Shown in pieces: positions 59,432 through 64,000 of a stretch of 64,000 nucleotides of DNA. The notes under the pieces were generated by a model that saw only the letters and a list, made by a program, of their open reading frames with translations, ran no database searches and was not told the DNA's origin. The DNA comes from Octopus sinensis (taxonomy: Eukaryota), in contig NC_042997.1 of NCBI RefSeq assembly GCF_006345805.1, positions 131,130,001-131,194,000 on the forward strand. Direction: 5' to 3'. The translations under genes were made by a program, and so were the position numbers. The first letter of the stretch is position 1, and each line of letters opens with the position of its first letter.

Positions 59432-59811
59432 ATATGTGCGTGTGTTTGTCCCTCACCACTGCTTGACAACTGGTGTTGGTGTGTTTACGTCCCTGTAACT
59501 TAGCGCTTCGACAATAGAGGCTGATAGAATAAGTACCAGGCTTAAAAATATAAGTACTAGGGTCGATTCGTTCGATTAGAATTCTTGAAGGCAGTGCCCC
59601 AGCATGGCCGTAGTCTAATGCCTGAAAACAAATAAAAGATAAAAGACAGAGATATTGAAGAGATGGATCATGAACAAGTCACGACTAAAACTATAAAAAT
59701 CCTAACAAATTCTTGTTTCCAAAATCTCTGAGCTCTTATGGTGATCACGCGTTTAATAAAAAGAGAAAAACTGTTTCAAAAGGCCAAAGGTTATTTCATT
59801 TCTGAACAGAA

Positions 59812-60042
59812 GGCGGCGAGCTGGCAGAATCGTTAACACGTCACGCGAAATGCGTAGGCGTATTTCGTCTGCTGCTACGTACTGAGTCCAAATTCCACCG
59901 AGGTCGACTTTGCCTTTCATCCTTTCGGAGTCGATAAATTAAGTACCAGTTACGCACTGCGGTCGATATAATCGACTTAATCCGTTTGTCTGTCCTTGTT
60001 TGTCCTCTCTGTGTTTAACTCCTTGTAGGTAGTAAAGAAATA
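59812..60042 (+). mobile_element. SINE family A with 20-bp TSD
   Basis: AGGTTATTTCATTTCTGAAC on both sides. Confidence 0.92.
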
Positions 60043-60084
60043 GGTTATTTCATTTCTGAACTGTTTTATATATATTTCTTTATA

Positions 60085-60180
60085 TATAACACAGAGAGGA
60101 GAAACAAGGACGTAACGGCAGACGAAATACGGCTACGCATTTCGTCCGGCGTGCTAACGTTTCTGCCAGCTCGCCGCCTT
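60085..60180 (-). mobile_element. Internally deleted SINE A, inverted relative to its neighbour
   Basis: Flanked by ATTTCTGAAC(T/A)GTTTTATA. Confidence 0.85.
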
Positions 60181-60699
60181 ATTTCTGAACAGTTTTATAC
60201 AGAACAGAAGAGTGGACACTAAAGTACTTCTTTCATAACTGAAACGGTGACCTATTTACACACATGAACATTTTAGACAGCATAACGAAGCAGTATTAAA
60301 TCAATTAAGAAATTAGAAATAGATTAAAAAGGTATTTCTTTACTGATAAGAAAGCCTTCACACACTAACACACTGTAATTTAGAGCACATTATATCATCC
60401 AACTGTCACTTGAATTGCCGTAATGTCGGTTTTTGCCTCCTGCCAATTAGCAGTCGGTGTTTCACTCGACGTACAACGTCTGTCCGTCTCCGGAAGCACA
60501 TTAATTACTTGAATCAAATACTTACCCACAAAACTTCGCAGATGTTTTCCCTGCAGGCATCAACCTGCAGAAATTCAGGCTTGTAGTCTTAGAGGTCTTA
60601 TATTTTAATTCAAAAAGACCCCCGCTCTTCGAATTAAAATGAAATTGTACTCACTCAAGGTAATAAAAAAATTAAAGAAAAAGAAGAAATTTTTGTTTA

Positions 60700-61050
60700 A
60701 GGTGGCTGTATGGTAAGAAACTTGCTTCCCAACCACATGGTTCCAGGTTCAGTCCCACTGCGTGTGGCACCTTGGGCAAGTGTTTTCTACTGTAGCCTCG
60801 GGCCGACCAAAGCCTTGTGAATGATTTTGCTAGACGTGTGTGGTGGTGGTGGTGTGTGTGTGTGTCTGTGTGTGTTTGTCCCACTACCATCGCTTGACAA
60901 CCGGTGTTGGTGTGTTTACGTCCCCGTAACTTAGCGTTTCAGCAAAAGATATCGATAGAATAAGTACTAGGTTTACAAAAAAAAAAAGGTACTGAGGCCG
61001 ATTCATTCGACAAAAATTCTTGGCCGCAGTCAAAATGTAACAAGTAAAAG
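60700..61050 (+). mobile_element. SINE family B
   Basis: Matches the consensus, with an internal deletion. Confidence 0.85.
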
Positions 61051-61810
61051 AACAAATAACCATTAACCTCATTGAAAGTAATTTCTGAAGCACGATGCTA
61101 TTTAGAGAGAAATAATAAAATCGGGGGACATCTATATCATAATCAGAGGTATGCTGTGGTCTGGTAAAGGGAACCGGCTCTGATTTAGATTCGAAACAAT
61201 TTCGCGGAATTTAGTTTCTATGCGGCGTTCGTCGCTTTCTTCTGAAATACTGATTGCCTCTTTATTAATTTTAATTAACTTTACCCTTTATTACTGTTAT
61301 TTTCGGAGTTGTCTCTCTTGCCTTTTTTGTCCAGAATTAGTAACAAAAACAATTTTATTTCTTATTACTATGAGTGTTATTTCTATTAATTAAAATTCTT
61401 CGGTTCAATTCACTGAGTATGTTACAGCAACAACTTTATCAATTTAGGTTAAGATTTTAGTTTAGAGATCGCATTGTCGGGATTTATGTTGTCACAAGCA
61501 GTGACCAAAAACGCTTAACTCCCCAACAGTCAAGTCAAACAAGCCAGAATTATTATTACCCAAAATGTGAACAAATCCCCGACATAAACTGCAATAGTAT
61601 AGAAAAACCGGAAAAGCCTTCCATTAGTTTTAATTGCATGTTTTAGTTCTACTTATATGTATGACTTGGGAAAAAAGAATGTAGGTCTCCAGGTTAGTTC
61701 AATCTAGATGTGAAGTATCGTTGCTAAGTTTAAGACCCAATGGATTCGCTAGACACTGTCATTGCTTAACTGCAATTGACAGAATCATCATGGTATTGGA
61801 CTGCCAACAA

Positions 61811-62039
61811 GGCGGTGAGCTGGCAGAAACGTAAGCACGCCGGGCTAATGCGTAGCCGTATTTCATCTGCCGTTACGTTCTGAGTTCAAATTCTGCCGAG
61901 GTCGACTTTACCTTTCATCCTTTCGGGGTCGATAAATTAAGTACCAGTTACGCACTGAGTCGATGAAATCGACTTAATCCCTTTGTCTGTCCTTGTTTGT
62001 CCCCTCTGTGTTTAGCCCCTTGTGGGTAGTAAAGAAATA
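61811..62039 (+). mobile_element. SINE family A with 17-bp TSD
   Basis: GGTATTGGACT(G/A)CCAAC on both sides. Confidence 0.92.
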
Positions 62040-63239
62040 GGTATTGGACTACCAACTTAAGGAGCATCTATTTGTGTTATGCTACTGGCATCGAACCAGG
62101 GGACAGTCTGATTTTTTCTTTTGTTGTTGTAAAGAGTAAGAGTAGCACTGTAAAATTAACGATCGTTTCATTTATTCTACGATACTTCGGATATAACTTG
62201 AAGAAGTATGGGCCTCACCCAGCAAACTTGCTTCTAGATACTTTTTTTTATATAAACGAAAACTTCAATGGCTCATTAAATTATGTGAATCACTGCGATT
62301 AAGTCGGATCCAGGATATTACTTGTATATACTTAAATGACATGGATAAGATAAGAACAAGGGACCACGAGGGACGTAACTAAATACTATGACTCACTCAG
62401 TTCGATGCTTCGCTATCTGCCCCAAGGGAATATTAAACCTTCAGAAAACGATAACCTCTCGTTGGTTTAAAAATAAAGGAAATATTCCAAGGTCAAATAA
62501 TATTAATGCGAGGGCTTACGTCAGCAACAGATTTATTGACACTACCGAAACTTTTTGTGTTGTTTTTCAATGTCGTTCTCTCTGTTCAAACGATGTATCG
62601 AATAACTCCAAACTGTCTTTGGTCATAGTTTCATACATTGTTAGTAACATGGCGCTTGTTGCTAGACAAGGTTTCGTGCCTCGCTGAACAGAACTCTAGT
62701 CCTATATATTTACTCTAAATTAACCCGGTCACGTACTTAAAACATTTCGAAGACAAACTGTTCGTTTGGTTTCCCATAAAATAGCGCGACCCTTTAACGG
62801 CAGCTTTGGCTTATCGTTTTTTTTTCTTTGTTTTTGTTTTTGTTTTCCCACCGTCTTTTGGAACTGAAATTCTTGGAAAACAATTTACCGCTTCGGAGCG
62901 AAAGATTTCTAAATAGATGGAATTTGCATCGCTTCTGAGTCAAAGGCCAAAGGGATTATTCAATCGTTACTAATTAGTAAAAAAAAAAAGAGTTTCTAAA
63001 AAATAAGAGGGTATTATAGCTTACTTTTCAGGACATTTGTAACAGGAGTTAGAAGGGGCTGTAACTTCCCACCATTGATTTCAGATGTCATCTCTTCTTT
63101 CCATATCTTCTACATAGAGTCCTGTGGTAAAAAAATAAAAGGTTCATGCAATTTATTTTTTACTTTATAGATCTTGAAAAATTTTGCAACAACTTCGAGG
63201 GAAAAGCTGAAAAAAATCTAGCTTTTTTTTCTGCAGGTT

Positions 63240-63450
63240 ATAATATTGGTTTCAGGTTTTAGCACAAAGCCAGTAATTTCAGGGGGAGGAGAAAATTTGA
63301 TTACATCGACCCTAGTGTTCAGCTGGTACTTATTTTATCGACCTCGAAGGGATGAAAGGCAAAGTCAACCTTGGTAGCATTTGAACTCAGAACGTGAAGA
63401 CGGACGAAATGCTGCTAAGCATTTTGCCTGATTCTATCAGCATGCCGCCT
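63240..63450 (-). mobile_element. SINE family A-related subfamily
   Basis: GGATGAAAGGCAAAGTCAACCTTGG...GAACTCAGAAC...CATGCCGCCTT. Confidence 0.8.
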
Positions 63451-64000
63451 TCTAGAGGTTATGATACGAACATTATTTTCGGACAAAGTTAGAAATATCT
63501 TCCAAAATGGAATTAGTTCATTTGATCAATAGTGTTATGTGTAACATTCCCGTTAATAGAGCTGTGGTTTGGTAGATATGGTATAGCACTGGATTAAATG
63601 TACCATATCTCTACAGTCAGAGTTCAAATTCTACCATAACTGACTGTTTTTCATGGGCACAGATATGATTCTGTGTTTAAGAAGTTCACTCTGCAATCAC
63701 ATGGTTTTGAGTTCGACCCCACTACGCTGCACCTTGGGCATGTGTCTTCTATCATATCTTCTAAATATCATGAGTGAAATTGGATTTGCGAAAACTATTT
63801 CGAAGCCTATCAACTGGAATTGTATTTTTTCTAATGTGATTGACTTAATCTGTTGCTCCGGTTCATCGCCACAATCTAGTCCTTGGGTGGCTCTATTGGA
63901 ATTCATTCTATTCCGAGATTTCAGATCCGGCTTTTGGTCAGAAATGCATGGTTTCTTATGAAGGCCCAATGGATTTATCGACCTTAATTTTCCCTATTGC

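Noticed and set aside
62155-62172. Minus-strand GAAACGATCGTT, same palindrome as the 40258 ribozyme
   Set aside because: No upstream CUGANGA-like core or stem I partner; treated as chance.
62072-63969. ORFs of 76-102 aa near the window end
   Set aside because: No recognisable motifs or splice support; the 63653/63697 ORFs overlap degenerate SINE sequence.

Overview
AT-rich, microsatellite-dense eukaryotic DNA, most likely an octopus-type cephalopod genome (inferred from the recurring SINE families). It contains one 100-N assembly gap. Most listed ORFs are microsatellite artefacts. Real content: (1) scattered candidate exons of an unidentified + strand gene. (2) Many copies of five SINE-like families, here labelled A-E. 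(3) Decayed LINEs: RTE, CR1/L2, R4/Dong-like and a CRE-like element. (4) DNA-transposon relics: mariner, Tc1 foldback MITE, piggyBac and non-autonomous Helitrons. (5) A 5'-truncated Penelope-like element (PLE; RT plus GIY-YIG). The main finding is a set of type I hammerhead-ribozyme (HHR) folds, read by eye, in seven different sequence families. One is in the PLE terminal repeat. The others are in short non-coding elements, nearly all beside or embedded in (TA)n tracts and often arranged as inverted dimers. One family has a swapped G3:C8 catalytic-core pair. PLE-linked HHRs are known in general; this diversity, the core variants and the strand bias are the points to test. Repeat boundaries are approximate unless a TSD or TIR is quoted. 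No database searches or folding programs were run.
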